Source: Mesoplasma florum L1 (GTDB taxonomy: Bacteria > Bacillota_I > Bacilli_A > Mycoplasmatales > Mycoplasmataceae). From it: a stretch of DNA of 32,000 nucleotides. The notes beneath the pieces are model-generated. The model was not told where the DNA came from and searched no databases. It saw only the letters and a list, made by a program, of their open reading frames with translations. Positions 1 through 10,753 of this stretch are shown in pieces. Numbering within the stretch: the stretch's first letter is position 1; the number at the start of each line of letters is the position of its first letter. The position numbers and the translations under genes were made by a program. The DNA lies in NCBI RefSeq assembly GCF_000008305.1, contig NC_006055.1:390001-422000 (forward strand), read 5' to 3'.

Positions 1-796
1 CTAAAATTTTTGGAATATCTATATATTCTTCATCTCAAAGTACTTTTAATAAATTGTCAAAACCAATGTAACCATAACCAATATTCTCATGTCTATCTTT
101 ATGAGCTAATAACGGGTTTTTTGAATCATTTAAATGGAAACATAAAACTTTATCTTTACCAATTGTTTTATTAATTTCTTCTTTAATTAATTCTCAATTA
201 TTAAAATCATAACCAGCATCATGCATATGACATGTATCTAAACATACAGCAACTTTTTCTGGTTCGTTTACATTATCAATAACATATTTAAAATCATTTA
301 AAGATAAACCAACTTCAGTACCTTTTCCAGCCATTGTTTCTAATGCAATAATTACATTAGTTTGACTTGACGCAACAGCATTTAATCCTTTTACTAAAGC
401 ATTTAAAGCATCTGTATAATCACCTTTTAATCTTGCTCCTGGGTGTAAAACTAAAATCTTAACTCCGATATCTTCACAACGTTTAATTTCTTGTTTTAAA
501 AAATCAACACCAAAATCTCAAGTTGTTTGATTAACTGGATTTGAAATATTAATAATATAAGGTGCATGAACTACAATGTGATCTTTGTTAATATTATTTT
601 CTTTTAATAATTGATTAAATTCTTCAATATACAACTTATCAGTTGCAGTACGAACTGAGTTTTGTGGTGCACCAGTATAAAACATTAAAGTATTAGCTTC
701 ATAACTTAAAGCTTCTTTTACACTTCCGATTAAATATTCTCCATGTTTATTTGATTTGCTCATACCAACATGGCTACCTAAAATTGGTTTTTTCAT
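1..796 (-). CDS. nfo: Endonuclease IV (AP endonuclease); C-terminal end runs off the left window edge
   Basis: ATG at 796-794 is preceded by GGAGAA. Track ORF 518..796 continues in frame through TGA (tca 518-520) to position 1 with no TAA/TAG. The N-terminus (GSHVGMS...TLMFYTGAPQNS...HAPYIINI) resembles Gram-positive Nfo/YqfS. Confidence 0.85.
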
Positions 797-799
797 TTT

Positions 800-1624
800 T
801 TATTCTCCTTTAAAATGTTTTATTGCATATGCTTTATCTTGATTTAATAAATCTTTCAGTTCGTCTAAGTTATTTACTTTAATACTTTCACGTATAAAAT
901 CAATAATTTCTACATCGATTCCTCATCCATAAATATCTTGATCAAAATCTAAAATATGACTCTCAAATACATTAACTCCATTTTTATTAGTTCAATAAGC
1001 GCTAATACTTGGATATGCTTTTTCGTCATTTGGTAATTTAGTAGTTGTTAAATAAACAGCTTCTTTCAAAATCAACTCATCATTAATAATGATATTTGCA
1101 GTTGGATAATTAATTGTTCTCCCAATGTGGTTACCATGCTCAACAAAACCTTTAAAACCAAAATTAAAACCATTTAAATTTTTATATTCTTGAATTTTTC
1201 CTAATTTTAAAAACTCTTCACTCTTTTTAATATCATTATTAAGTTTTTCATCATATTTAATAATTGTTTTATCTTCAAAAGCTGTTTCAATTTTGGCTAG
1301 ATCTGAATTGTTATCAAATAAATAAACTTTTTGAATATTTAAATCTTGTTTAATTCTTTCATAATTATATTCTTGATTAAATGAATGTCATAAAACAAGT
1401 TCACAATCTAAATCTTTGGCTTTTTGCTCAATTCCTTTATTTGGAATTATATTTTTAAAGTTACTAATTTCTTTTTGAATCAAAATAACTTTTAAATTGT
1501 TCTCTTTCGCTTTTTTAATTAAATTAGTTTCATTTTCATCTCATTTATCAAATTCTGCAAATACAGCTACTGTTTGAGGCAAATTTCATAGCATCATTAG
1601 CATTTCATTATAGTGTATAGTCAT
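800..1624 (-). CDS. ribF: RibF-like riboflavin kinase / FAD synthetase family protein (kinase motifs intact, adenylyltransferase motif degenerate)
   Basis: ATG at 1624 is preceded by GGGGGAGAAAC. The frame is open under code 4 down to TAA at 800-802 (275 codons). The C-terminal half has GNHIGRTINYPTANI and ESHILDFDQDIYG, which are riboflavin kinase signatures. The stop lies 3 nt upstream of the nfo start. Confidence 0.8.
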
Positions 1625-1734
1625 TTTGTTTCTCCCCCACTTAATACAATTTAATTTAATTATATTTTTAAAATTCAAATTAATGTTGTACTAAATTATT
1701 AATTTATTTCTATTTTACATTATAATTATAAAAT

Positions 1735-2763
1735 GTGAAAAGGAGAAAATTATGGCTGAAAAAAAAACAAGCTAAAAGCAAAATTAAAATTGTTAAACCA
1801 CTAAAAAAAGAAACCAAAAAAACAAAAGAATTACTTTCTGATTTAAACGTTAAAATTAACAATAGCGAAGTTTCAGAAAAAGAAAAAAGATTGACTTTAA
1901 TTAAAACTCATAAAAAAATTACAAATCTTTTATTAAAAACTATTCCATATTTATTATTCTTATTTATTTTAGATGTTGTAATGTTGAGTGTCATTACAGT
2001 ACTATTTATTCTTTCAGCATTTGTGCTTGATAGAACAGCAGCTAATATTGTTAGATACATATTATTAGGTGTTTCAGCTTTTATGTTAGCAAAATTTACT
2101 TACATGAATTGATTTTCAAAAAATTTATATTTCAAAAAGATTATTGTATTTAAATATAAATCAAAAGTTGATAGACAAAAATTTAGAGCAGTTAGAGAAA
2201 TTTCATTTACACCAATATGATTCTTAATATTCTTTGTCGCATCAAATTTTTACATTACTATTTTAGTAAACTTTGAAATTCAACAAAACTTTGTGTCAAC
2301 TGGTGATAATAAAGTTTTAATCTGAGCTATTTTAAGAACCACAATTGATATGATGCTTCTTCCATCATTCTTGAACTCATTTAATAAAATTGCTGATAAA
2401 TCTAAAGCAATTGATGCAAACTATGTTAAATTGATTAAAGATCAATATTTCTCAAATAAATCATTATTTGAGGATGTCGAATTTGAAGATAATTACTTAA
2501 ACTTAAAATTTAGTAAAAACAGTTTAACTTCAAAAAATGGATTATTTATTTTAGTTAATAAAGATGATTTAACTAGACCTGATCAAGGTAGAATGATAGA
2601 AATAAATAATGAAATATTAGATCGTTATAAAGAAATATGAGAAAGTTATGTCGATTTATTAGAAAATAGAATGAAAGCTAAATTTAATAAAGCAACAGTT
2701 CACAAACTTTTCTGATTAGAAAGAATATATGACACAATTTTCTTAGATTTATTCGAAATTTAA
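1735..2763 (+). CDS. Hypothetical multi-pass membrane protein; start uncertain (see the A9-tract finding)
   Basis: Track ORFs 1735..2112 and 2350..2640 are in the same frame and joined only by TGA codons. The true stop is TAA at 2761-2763. The protein has a Lys-rich N-terminus followed by hydrophobic segments. The only SD-ATG (AAGGAG 1740-1745, ATG 1752) is in a different frame. Confidence 0.65.
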
Positions 2764-2773
2764 AATTGATATT

Positions 2774-2805
2774 AAAAAACCTTATGTTAATTCATAAGGT
2801 TTTTT
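2774..2805. terminator. Bidirectional intrinsic terminator between convergent genes
   Basis: Stem aaccttatg (2778-2786) pairs with cataaggtt (2793-2801). An A-run lies upstream and a T-run downstream. Confidence 0.75.
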
Positions 2806-3112
2806 ATTTTTTATCTTCAATTAGTTTTTCGTTATAAACAACTTGAAATTCATTTCTTGCTATTTTCTCTTTAATAGGTAAAACTTGATTTAAGTATTTA
2901 GGGTTTGCTTTTCTGCCAGCCATAATAGCATTATAAATAACTCATCCTAAAATTGGGATAAATCATAATAACCTTAATCATCCAGCTGTTTTATTATCAA
3001 TTTTACTTACATGTTTATAAAGATCTTTGTTTTCAACTTTTAGTTGAGCATTTTGCTTTACCAATTCTTCAACTGTTAAGTCTAAATTTCTTTTTAGAAT
3101 TTGTTCACTCAT
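2804..3112 (-). CDS. Small hypothetical membrane protein (102 aa)
   Basis: ATG at 3112 is preceded by AGGAGAAACT. The code-4 translation is MSEQILKRNLDLTVEELVKQNAQLKVENKDL...GWLRLLWFIPILGWVIYNAIMAG..., with three TGA-Trp codons in a hydrophobic segment. The stop is TAA at 2804-2806. Confidence 0.6.
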
Positions 3113-3176
3113 AGTTTCTCCTATATTTAGTAATTTAACTACAATAAATTTTAACACAAAAATCTAATATACTATT

Positions 3177-3185
3177 TGATATAAT
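3177..3185 (+). promoter_or_regulatory. Extended -10 promoter element (TGaTATAAT) for plsY
   Basis: tgatataat lies 29 nt upstream of the plsY ATG. The same ttgatataataaa string recurs at 6576-6588 upstream of the S1-domain gene. Confidence 0.45.
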
Positions 3186-3213
3186 AAATTTGTTACTGAA
3201 AGGATTTGATTAA

Positions 3214-3984
3214 ATGTTTCCCTATTTAGGAATTATTATAGCTTCAATCTTTGGTTATTTATTGGGTAGTGTTCTCTGATCAGTTCCTATTACTAAATGA
3301 GTCAAAGGTGTAAGCATTTATGAAGTGGGTTCAAATAACCCTGGGGCCACTAATACAGTTAGAATATTAGGTAAAAGATGAGGTTTAGCTGTAGCTTTAC
3401 TTGATGGATTCAAAGTATTAATCACAGCTGCATTTGCAATTGGATTATCAATGATACCAAATGAATTATTTAGTAAAACAAGTTACTTTATTCCATGTAT
3501 CTTTGTTTTGATTGGTCATTGCTGACCAATTTGATTTAAATTTAAAGGTGGTAAAGCTGTAAGTTGTTTCTTAGGTCTATTAATTGTTGTTAATTACTTA
3601 TACTTTTTAATTTTCTTTATCGTTTGATGAATATTTGCATTTAAATATCGTAAAGTTAGTTTATCTTCAATTATTGGAACTGCTACAATCTTATTATTAA
3701 TGTGATTACCTTGAACATATGGTGTTATGGGTTATAGTTTATTCAACGGATATGATTCTTTCATTGTTGCTTGAGATAAACACATTGTATTTAGTTTTTA
3801 TAACTTATTTCATAAGTTTTCTTCTAATATACATGGTTCAAACTTTGCTGATGGAATGTTAACAGGGCAAATTGTTATCTTAATTGGAATGGTTATTTTA
3901 GTTGTTAGACATAAATCAAATATTGTTAAATTAAAAAATAAAACTGAACAACCAATTTATCCTAAAAAAGAAAAAAACGTGTAG
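3214..3984 (+). CDS. plsY: Glycerol-3-phosphate acyltransferase PlsY
   Basis: The code-4 translation is MFPYLGIIIASIFGYLLGSVLW...GSNNPGATNTVRILGKRWG...FKFKGGKAV, which carries PlsY signature motifs. The protein is polytopic. The stop is TAG at 3982-3984. Confidence 0.9.
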
Positions 3985-4005
3985 ACATAAGTCACACGTT
4001 TTTTA
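3972..4005. terminator. Bidirectional intrinsic terminator (plsY / secreted-protein operon)
   Basis: Stem acgtgt(a)gac (3977-3986) pairs with gtcacacgt (3991-3999). It is flanked by an A7 run and a T-run. Confidence 0.75.
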
Positions 4006-4010
4006 AATTA

Positions 4011-4742
4011 TTATAAAGTGTAATTAAATGTTACTGATGTACCTAAATTAGTTCAACTTTTTCCACTTGAAAATGATCATATAGGATTAATATAAGAACC
4101 TATAATAAATTCAAACTCATATTTATCACCAGTGTCATAAGTATAATTTAAAGCTGAAAATTCATTATATTGTAATCTAGCTGAACCTGATTGTCAATAA
4201 TAATTTGAGATTCTGTTTAATCGCGAATTAATTATTTCTTCGGGTAGTGTTGTTGGAGGCATTGGTCCTTTTTTAACGTCACAAATAGAATGTGGTTTTT
4301 TTGCAAAAGCACTAGTTGGATAGAAAACATCTCCTCCTCAAGTTATTTGATTAGAATTTTTAGTATTGTTATTTTCAAATCTATTTTCAGCAGATAAACT
4401 GTTTAATTCGACCAATTCTCATTCGTTAGGATTTTCAGTCGGCTTAAAAGCGTCAATATCTGTTTGAATTCTGTAAATTTTATAACTTAACACTGGTGCT
4501 GATGTTGCACCAGTTTCATTATAATGAAATAAATTTTTACCATCATTAGTTAAGTTTAATGTAATACTTCCACCTTTATCATTATTTACATATTCAATTT
4601 GATCTTTAGTTATATCAATAACTTCTGAAACAACTTTAATTTCTTTTGTTTCCTCTTTAGAAGATGGAATATTGACAGCTGCAACTGTACCACTAGAACT
4701 AACCAAAGTCATTCCAGTTAAAAATGTTAATATTTGTTTCAT
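4011..4742 (-). CDS. Secreted hypothetical protein (243 aa), downstream partner of a coupled pair
   Basis: ATG at 4742 is preceded by TGAGG. The N-terminus MKQILTFLTGMTLVSSSGTVAAV looks like a signal peptide with no lipobox Cys. Track ORF 4419..4769 continues through TGA codons to TAA at 4011-4013. Confidence 0.7.
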
Positions 4743-4743
4743 T

Positions 4744-5877
4744 TTAACCTCACAATGATGCTCTATCAAACACTCATGTTGTTTCCATTCATGTGTTAGC
4801 GTTTGTTGTTTCTGAGTTATCTAAATCGATAATTCCTTTGTTAGAAAGGGTTACTCTATTTGTTGCAGGATCTATATTAATGTTTAATGTTAAATTTAAT
4901 GAAGAGTTTCAATTTCCAGTTGATTCATTAATTCCAATTGTTTCATAGTTAGTTTCAAAAACTAAATTGTATTCAGTTGATAGCTCCTCATTTTTTATAA
5001 AATCAATAGAATCAAGCATAATATTTGAATTATATCCTGCTTGTTGTATACTTCTACGCATAGTTCCATAGAAAGAAACTCTTTTTGTATTTTGCAAGTT
5101 AATTCCTTGAGTTGAAACAGTTGAGCCTGTTAGGCCTGAGATGCTTTGATTAATTACTCTATCTTTTGTAGTTACAACAGCACTATTTGAAGAACTTATA
5201 TTAAATATTGTAGCTAAAAGTTCTGTTCCCATATCTTGTTCAGTTGAAACAGTATTATTAATGTAATAATGTGTACGTTCTGTTTTAAAAAATATTTTAA
5301 CACCTACTTCTCCAGTTAAAGAATTAGTATATCGATATCCATCAACTACTGTTTGATTTAGTTTAATATCAGCAAATGCATTACCTTTTGAATCAATGTA
5401 ATAAGTTAGTTCTAAATCAAGCGATCATCCTATACTTGTAGCTGAATTATTTTGGTGTATATTTCCCATAAATACAGCCTTATCTTTTGTATTTTGACTA
5501 GGATCTCTTTTTAATAAAATAGCTGTAAATCTTTGATTTACTGAAGCTGCTTCAATATTGAAAATACCACCATAATTTATTGTGTCAATTTTTGAATCAT
5601 TTAATATATCATTAACTGTTATTGCGTTAGGCAATGGCACAGTGAAATTTGATTCAACTGTTTCAACACCTCTACCGCTAAACTTGTTCATAGTTGTAGC
5701 TCTTCTTAAATAATTGTCGCTAAAATCATATGGAGTTAATGAATTTGTTCCATACTCCAAATTTACTTTGTCATTTTTAATATCTTTTATATTTTCTTCT
5801 GTTGATAAACTAATAATAGGAGATGCAGCAGTTGCACTCAAACCAATAGCTCCCAAAACTGATAATAATGTTTTCAT
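4744..5877 (-). CDS. Secreted hypothetical Ser/Thr/Asn-rich protein (377 aa); candidate beta-rich toxin/adhesin
   Basis: ATG at 5877 is preceded by GGGGGAAC. The signal peptide is MKTLLSVLGAIGLSATAASP. Track ORFs 5425..5877 and 4909..5232 share a frame and are joined by TGA codons. The stop TAA at 4744-4746 lies 1 nt before the next ATG. Confidence 0.7.
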
Positions 5878-5989
5878 ATTTGTTCCCCCTTCTGTGTAGA
5901 ACCGTTAATATTTTTTATTAACTACTTTTATTTTTAATCTAATTTTTTATAAAGTCTATTTTTTAAATCATGATTTGAAACTTTAGTAA

Positions 5990-5997
5990 TGTATAAT
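5990..5997 (+). promoter_or_regulatory. Extended -10 promoter (TGtTATAAT) for pncA
   Basis: tgtataat lies about 62 nt upstream of the ATG at 6060. A TTGAAA is nearby but poorly spaced. Confidence 0.4.
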
Positions 5998-6059
5998 TTT
6001 AGTAAATAACCCTAATTTTTACCACTATTATAATTTATATTAAAAACAAAGGAAAATTT

Positions 6060-6551
6060 ATGAATAAAGCTTTAATAATAGTTGATTATCAGTATGATTT
6101 TGTTGATTCAAATGGAAAATTGTATGTGCATGCAGCTGAAAGTAAAAAAACTTATATAGAATATTTAATTAAAATTTTCAATGAAAACAATGATTTAGTT
6201 GTTGCTACAAAGGATATGCACCCACTTGATCATTATTCTTTTGCTCAATGAGGACCACATTGTGTTGTTGGAACTAAGGGTACTGATTTATACTTTGATT
6301 CTTCTTCAATTGATAAGATAATTGAAAAAGGCAAAAATAAAAAAACTGAAAGTTATAGTGCCTTTTTTGATGAAAAAGGGAATTCTAACTTTCTTGACGA
6401 ATATTTAAGAGAAAATAATATTCAAGAATTAACTATTGTGGGAGTTGCTTTAGAAGTTTGTGTTAAAGCAACTTTTGAGCATGCAATTGAGTTGGGTTAT
6501 AAAACTAATTTAGATTTAAAAGGTTGTGCAGGATTTCAAGATAAAAAATAA
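6060..6551 (+). CDS. pncA: Nicotinamidase / isochorismatase-family hydrolase
   Basis: AAAGGAAAA lies upstream of the ATG. The protein has IVDYQYDF, ATKDMHP, WGPHCVVGTKG (W encoded by TGA) and VGVALEVCV. This is the Asp-Lys-Cys arrangement and WPxHC motif typical of PncA. Confidence 0.8.
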
Positions 6552-6679
6552 AAATACTATTTTATTTAAAACTAATTGATATAATAAAGTTAGTATTTGA
6601 ACAAATCGAATCTTAAAATTTTAACTTTTAGTTCATAATTTTATCCATTTGATCAGTATTATAGAAAGTAGACGACAAA

Positions 6680-6916
6680 ATGAACAAAGTTATCTCAGTT
6701 AAAATTTCTGATATTGCTCCTTTTGGTGCATTTGCTATTTTTGAATTAGACGGTAAAGAATACAAAGGTTTAATCCATATTAGTGAAATTGCTAACACTT
6801 TTGTAAACGACATTAACGATTTCGTTAAAGTTGGTCAAGACGTTGAAGTTCTAATTTTAGAATTAAACGATGAAAAAGCTCAAGCAAAATTATCAATTAA
6901 AAAAGTTAACGCTTAA
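6680..6916 (+). CDS. S1 RNA-binding domain protein (YugI / general stress protein 13-like)
   Basis: The 78-aa ORF is a single S1/OB fold. Its sequence is VKISDIAPFGAFAIFELDGKEYKGLIHISEIANTFVNDINDFVKVGQDVEVLILELN. Confidence 0.8.
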   Translation: MNKVISVKISDIAPFGAFAIFELDGKEYKGLIHISEIANTFVNDINDFVKVGQDVEVLILELNDEKAQAKLSIKKVNA

Positions 6917-6934
6917 TTAATAATTAAACGAACT

Positions 6935-6965
6935 AAAAAAGAGAACTTACAGTTCTCTTTTTTTC
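6935..6965 (+). terminator. Intrinsic terminator after the S1-domain gene
   Basis: Stem agagaact (6940-6947) pairs with agttctct (6951-6958). It is followed by T7. Confidence 0.8.
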
Positions 6966-6990
6966 TTTGCAAATATTTTAACATTTATTG

Positions 6991-7020
6991 TTGAATATAA
7001 ATACAACATTAATATATAAT
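6991..7020 (+). promoter_or_regulatory. Sigma-70-like promoter of the guaAB leader
   Basis: TTGAAT (6991-6996) and TATAAT (7015-7020) are separated by 18 nt. The riboswitch P1 starts about 26 nt downstream. Confidence 0.55.
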
Positions 7021-7045
7021 AATTCAAATAATTAAATATAAAAAA

Positions 7046-7106
7046 CTTATACATGACAACATATTGGGTTGTCGACCTGCCTCTGGACCTATCCTTAGAC
7101 TATAAG
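7046..7106 (+). promoter_or_regulatory. Purine-riboswitch-class aptamer (variant core, C at the specificity position)
   Basis: P1 is CUUAUA (7046-7051) paired with UAUAAG (7101-7106). P2 is GACAAC (7055-7060) paired with GUUGUC (7068-7073), with loop AUAUUGG. P3 is UCUGG (7082-7086) paired with CC-UU-AGA (7093-7099), with loop ACCUAU. C7100 immediately precedes the 3' strand of P1. Confidence 0.8.
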
Positions 7107-7109
7107 CGT

Positions 7110-7141
7110 GAGGTTTTTTTACACAAAAAAGCCTCTTTTTT
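7110..7141 (+). terminator. Riboswitch expression platform: intrinsic terminator
   Basis: GAGGUUUUUUU (7110-7120) pairs with AAAAAAGCCUC (7125-7135, one bulged G). It is followed by U6 (7136-7141), just before the guaA SD GAAGGAG. Confidence 0.75.
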
Positions 7142-7159
7142 ATTTAGAAGGAGATTAAA

Positions 7160-8701
7160 ATGAAAAATACTCAAATCTTGATTTTAGATTTTGGAAGTCA
7201 ATATACACAGTTATTAGCTAGAAGAGTTAGAGAAGCTAATATTTATACAGAAGTTTTACCTTTTGATACATCAATTGAAAAAATTAAAGAATATCCACTT
7301 TTAAAAGGTATCATTCTTTCTGGTGGGCCTTCAAGTGTATATTTACAAAATGCTTATAAAATAGATTCTGAAATCTTAAATTTAGATATTGCTATTTTAG
7401 GTGTATGTTATGGTATGCAATTATTAACTCAATATTTTCAAGGTGCTGTTGAATTGGCTGATGAACAAGAATTTGGTAAAGCAATCATAACTATTGATGA
7501 TAAAAAAAATCCACTTTTTAAAAATGTAACTACTGAGTCTCAAGTTTGAATGAGTCATGCTGATCATGTTACAGAGTTACCAGTAGATTTTAAACAGATT
7601 GCACATTCTAACGCAAGTATTGCAGCTATTGCTCATAATACTAAACCAATTTATGGTATTCAATTCCATGCTGAAGTGACTCATTCTTTACAAGGTAAAG
7701 AAATGTTAGAAAACTTCTTATATGATATTGCTAAATGTAATAAAGACTGAAATCTTGATGACTTTATTGATCAACAAATCAAAGAAATCAAAGAAACTGT
7801 TAAAGATAAGCAAGTTATTTTGGGTTTAAGTGGTGGAGTTGATTCATCAGTTGCTGCTGCTATTATTGGTAAAGCTATTGGTAAACAACTTACTTGTATC
7901 TTTGTTGATACTGGTTTATTAAGAAAAAATGAAACAATTGAAGTTATGAAAGCTTATGAAACTAATTTTGATATTAATATTAAGTTAGTTGAAGCAAGTG
8001 ATCTTTTCTTTTCTGAATTAAAAGGAATTAAAGAGCCTGAAGCTAAAAGAAAAATTATTGGTAAATGTTTTATAGACGTTTTTACAGATGCGGCTAGACA
8101 ACATAAGGATGCTGATTTCTTAGCACAAGGAACTATTTATCCAGATGTTATTGAATCTTCTTCTCATGGAGCTAGTTCTAAAACAATTAAATCTCATCAC
8201 AATGTTGGTGGATTACCAGAAGATTTAAAATTTAGATTAATTGAACCTTTAAGAAACTTATTTAAAGATGAAGTAAGACAAGTTGGTTTTAAATTGGGAT
8301 TACCTGAAGAAATGATTAATCGTCATCCTTTCCCTGGACCTGGGCTAGGAATTAGAGTTATTGAAGAAGTAACTAAAGATAAAGTTGAAATTTTACAAGA
8401 AGCAGATGCTATATTTATTAAAAAATTAAGGGAATGAAATTTATATAATACAGTTTCACAAGCCTTTGTTACATTATTACCAGTTAAAACAGTTGGTGTA
8501 ATGGGTGATAATCGTACTTATGATTATGTTGTTGCTTTAAGAAGTGTTAATACAATTGATTTTATGACAGCAACTAGCACACATCTTCCTTGAGAATTTT
8601 TAGATGAAGTAGTAAATGAAATAATAAATAAAGTAGATAATGTTAACCGAGTAGTTTATGATGTTACATCTAAACCTCCAGGAACAATAGAATGAGAATA
8701 A
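7160..8701 (+). CDS. guaA: GMP synthase (glutamine-hydrolysing)
   Basis: Track ORFs 7160..7549, 7550..7750 and 7820..8437 share one frame and are joined by TGA codons. The protein has a GATase N-terminus ([25 protein letters not shown]), the ATP-PPase P-loop (GLSGGVDSS) and the C-terminal PPGTIEWE. The stop is TAA at 8699-8701. Confidence 0.97.
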
Positions 8702-8703
8702 AT

Positions 8704-9834
<1,131 letters not shown>

Positions 9835-9836
9835 GA

Positions 9837-9870
9837 AAATAACTCACTTTTAAAACAAAGTGAGTTTTTA
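9837..9870 (+). terminator. Intrinsic terminator after guaB
   Basis: Stem aactcacttt (9841-9850) pairs with aaagtgagtt (9858-9867). A T-run follows. Confidence 0.8.
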
Positions 9871-9927
9871 TTATTATGTTTTTCTATTAATAATATAAAA
9901 TATTAGTATCTTTAAGGCGGATACTAT

Positions 9928-10548
9928 ATGATTGAATTTAATAACACAAAAAAATATTTTAAAGTAATGATTAAACGATTAGTAATTTTTGACATACTCT
10001 GTTTTATATATTGAATGCCGGGATTAGTTTTATTAATACTTTCAGTTTTATATGATGAAAGCAGTTTTGTTAAAAAACATGAATGAATTATAATATTTAA
10101 TTATTTCACAACAATTTTTTGTTTCTTTATTAGTTTTTGATTGTTCTTTTATATATTGAATGTTTTGAGTTTAATAAAGAATACCGAGATTTCAGATAAT
10201 GAAAAATATTTATCTATATTTGCTTTATTTTTAAACCATAAAAATTTTAAAAGAGTTTTTATAGATCAGAATAAACAATTTTCAAACTACATTAAAATTT
10301 TTTGAAAAAAAGATGATAGCAAAAAAATGAATACAAAAAAACATGGTTTTTTATACATTACAGGCGATATTCTCTTTGAAATATTTACTTTTTGAGGTGT
10401 TGGTACCATTTTACTTATTTTATTTTTTATTCTATTTTACCCAATATTTTTAATTATTTATGTGCTTGTTTATCTATTTTCAATAGATATAAATATTAAA
10501 ATTAACAAAGAATTAAATAAACAGCTAATAGAAAACAAAAAAATCTAA
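9928..10548 (+). CDS. Hypothetical polytopic membrane protein (206 aa)
   Basis: AAGGCGGA lies upstream of the ATG at 9928. The frame is open under code 4 (several TGA-Trp codons inside hydrophobic stretches) to TAA at 10546-10548. The standard-code track misses this gene completely. Confidence 0.6.
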
Positions 10549-10753
10549 AGTGATTTAATTGATGTAATGATAAAATGTAAGTGTGATATTTTTTTATTAC
10601 AAAAAGGAAAGACAAAGGCAAATAAATTCAATGAAAAAAGAAGAAAATAAACAAATTCTTGAACTTAATGAATTTGTAAAAAATAACTGTAGTATTTTCT
10701 TATTTTATAACTTCTTTAATTAACTATTATTTAAAAATAGAAGTTTAATTCAA

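Noticed and set aside
5714-6813. Small track ORFs 5714..5899 (+) and 6628..6813 (-)
   Set aside because: They are antisense to, or overlap, the well-supported secreted-protein and S1-domain genes. They have no SD and are hydrophobic shadow translations.
8692-8703. Alternative guaB start at ATG 8692 (MRINMNK...)
   Set aside because: It would overlap the guaA C-terminus, and the four extra residues are not part of the conserved IMPDH N-terminus. ATG 8704, directly after the guaA stop, is preferred, but this remains uncertain.
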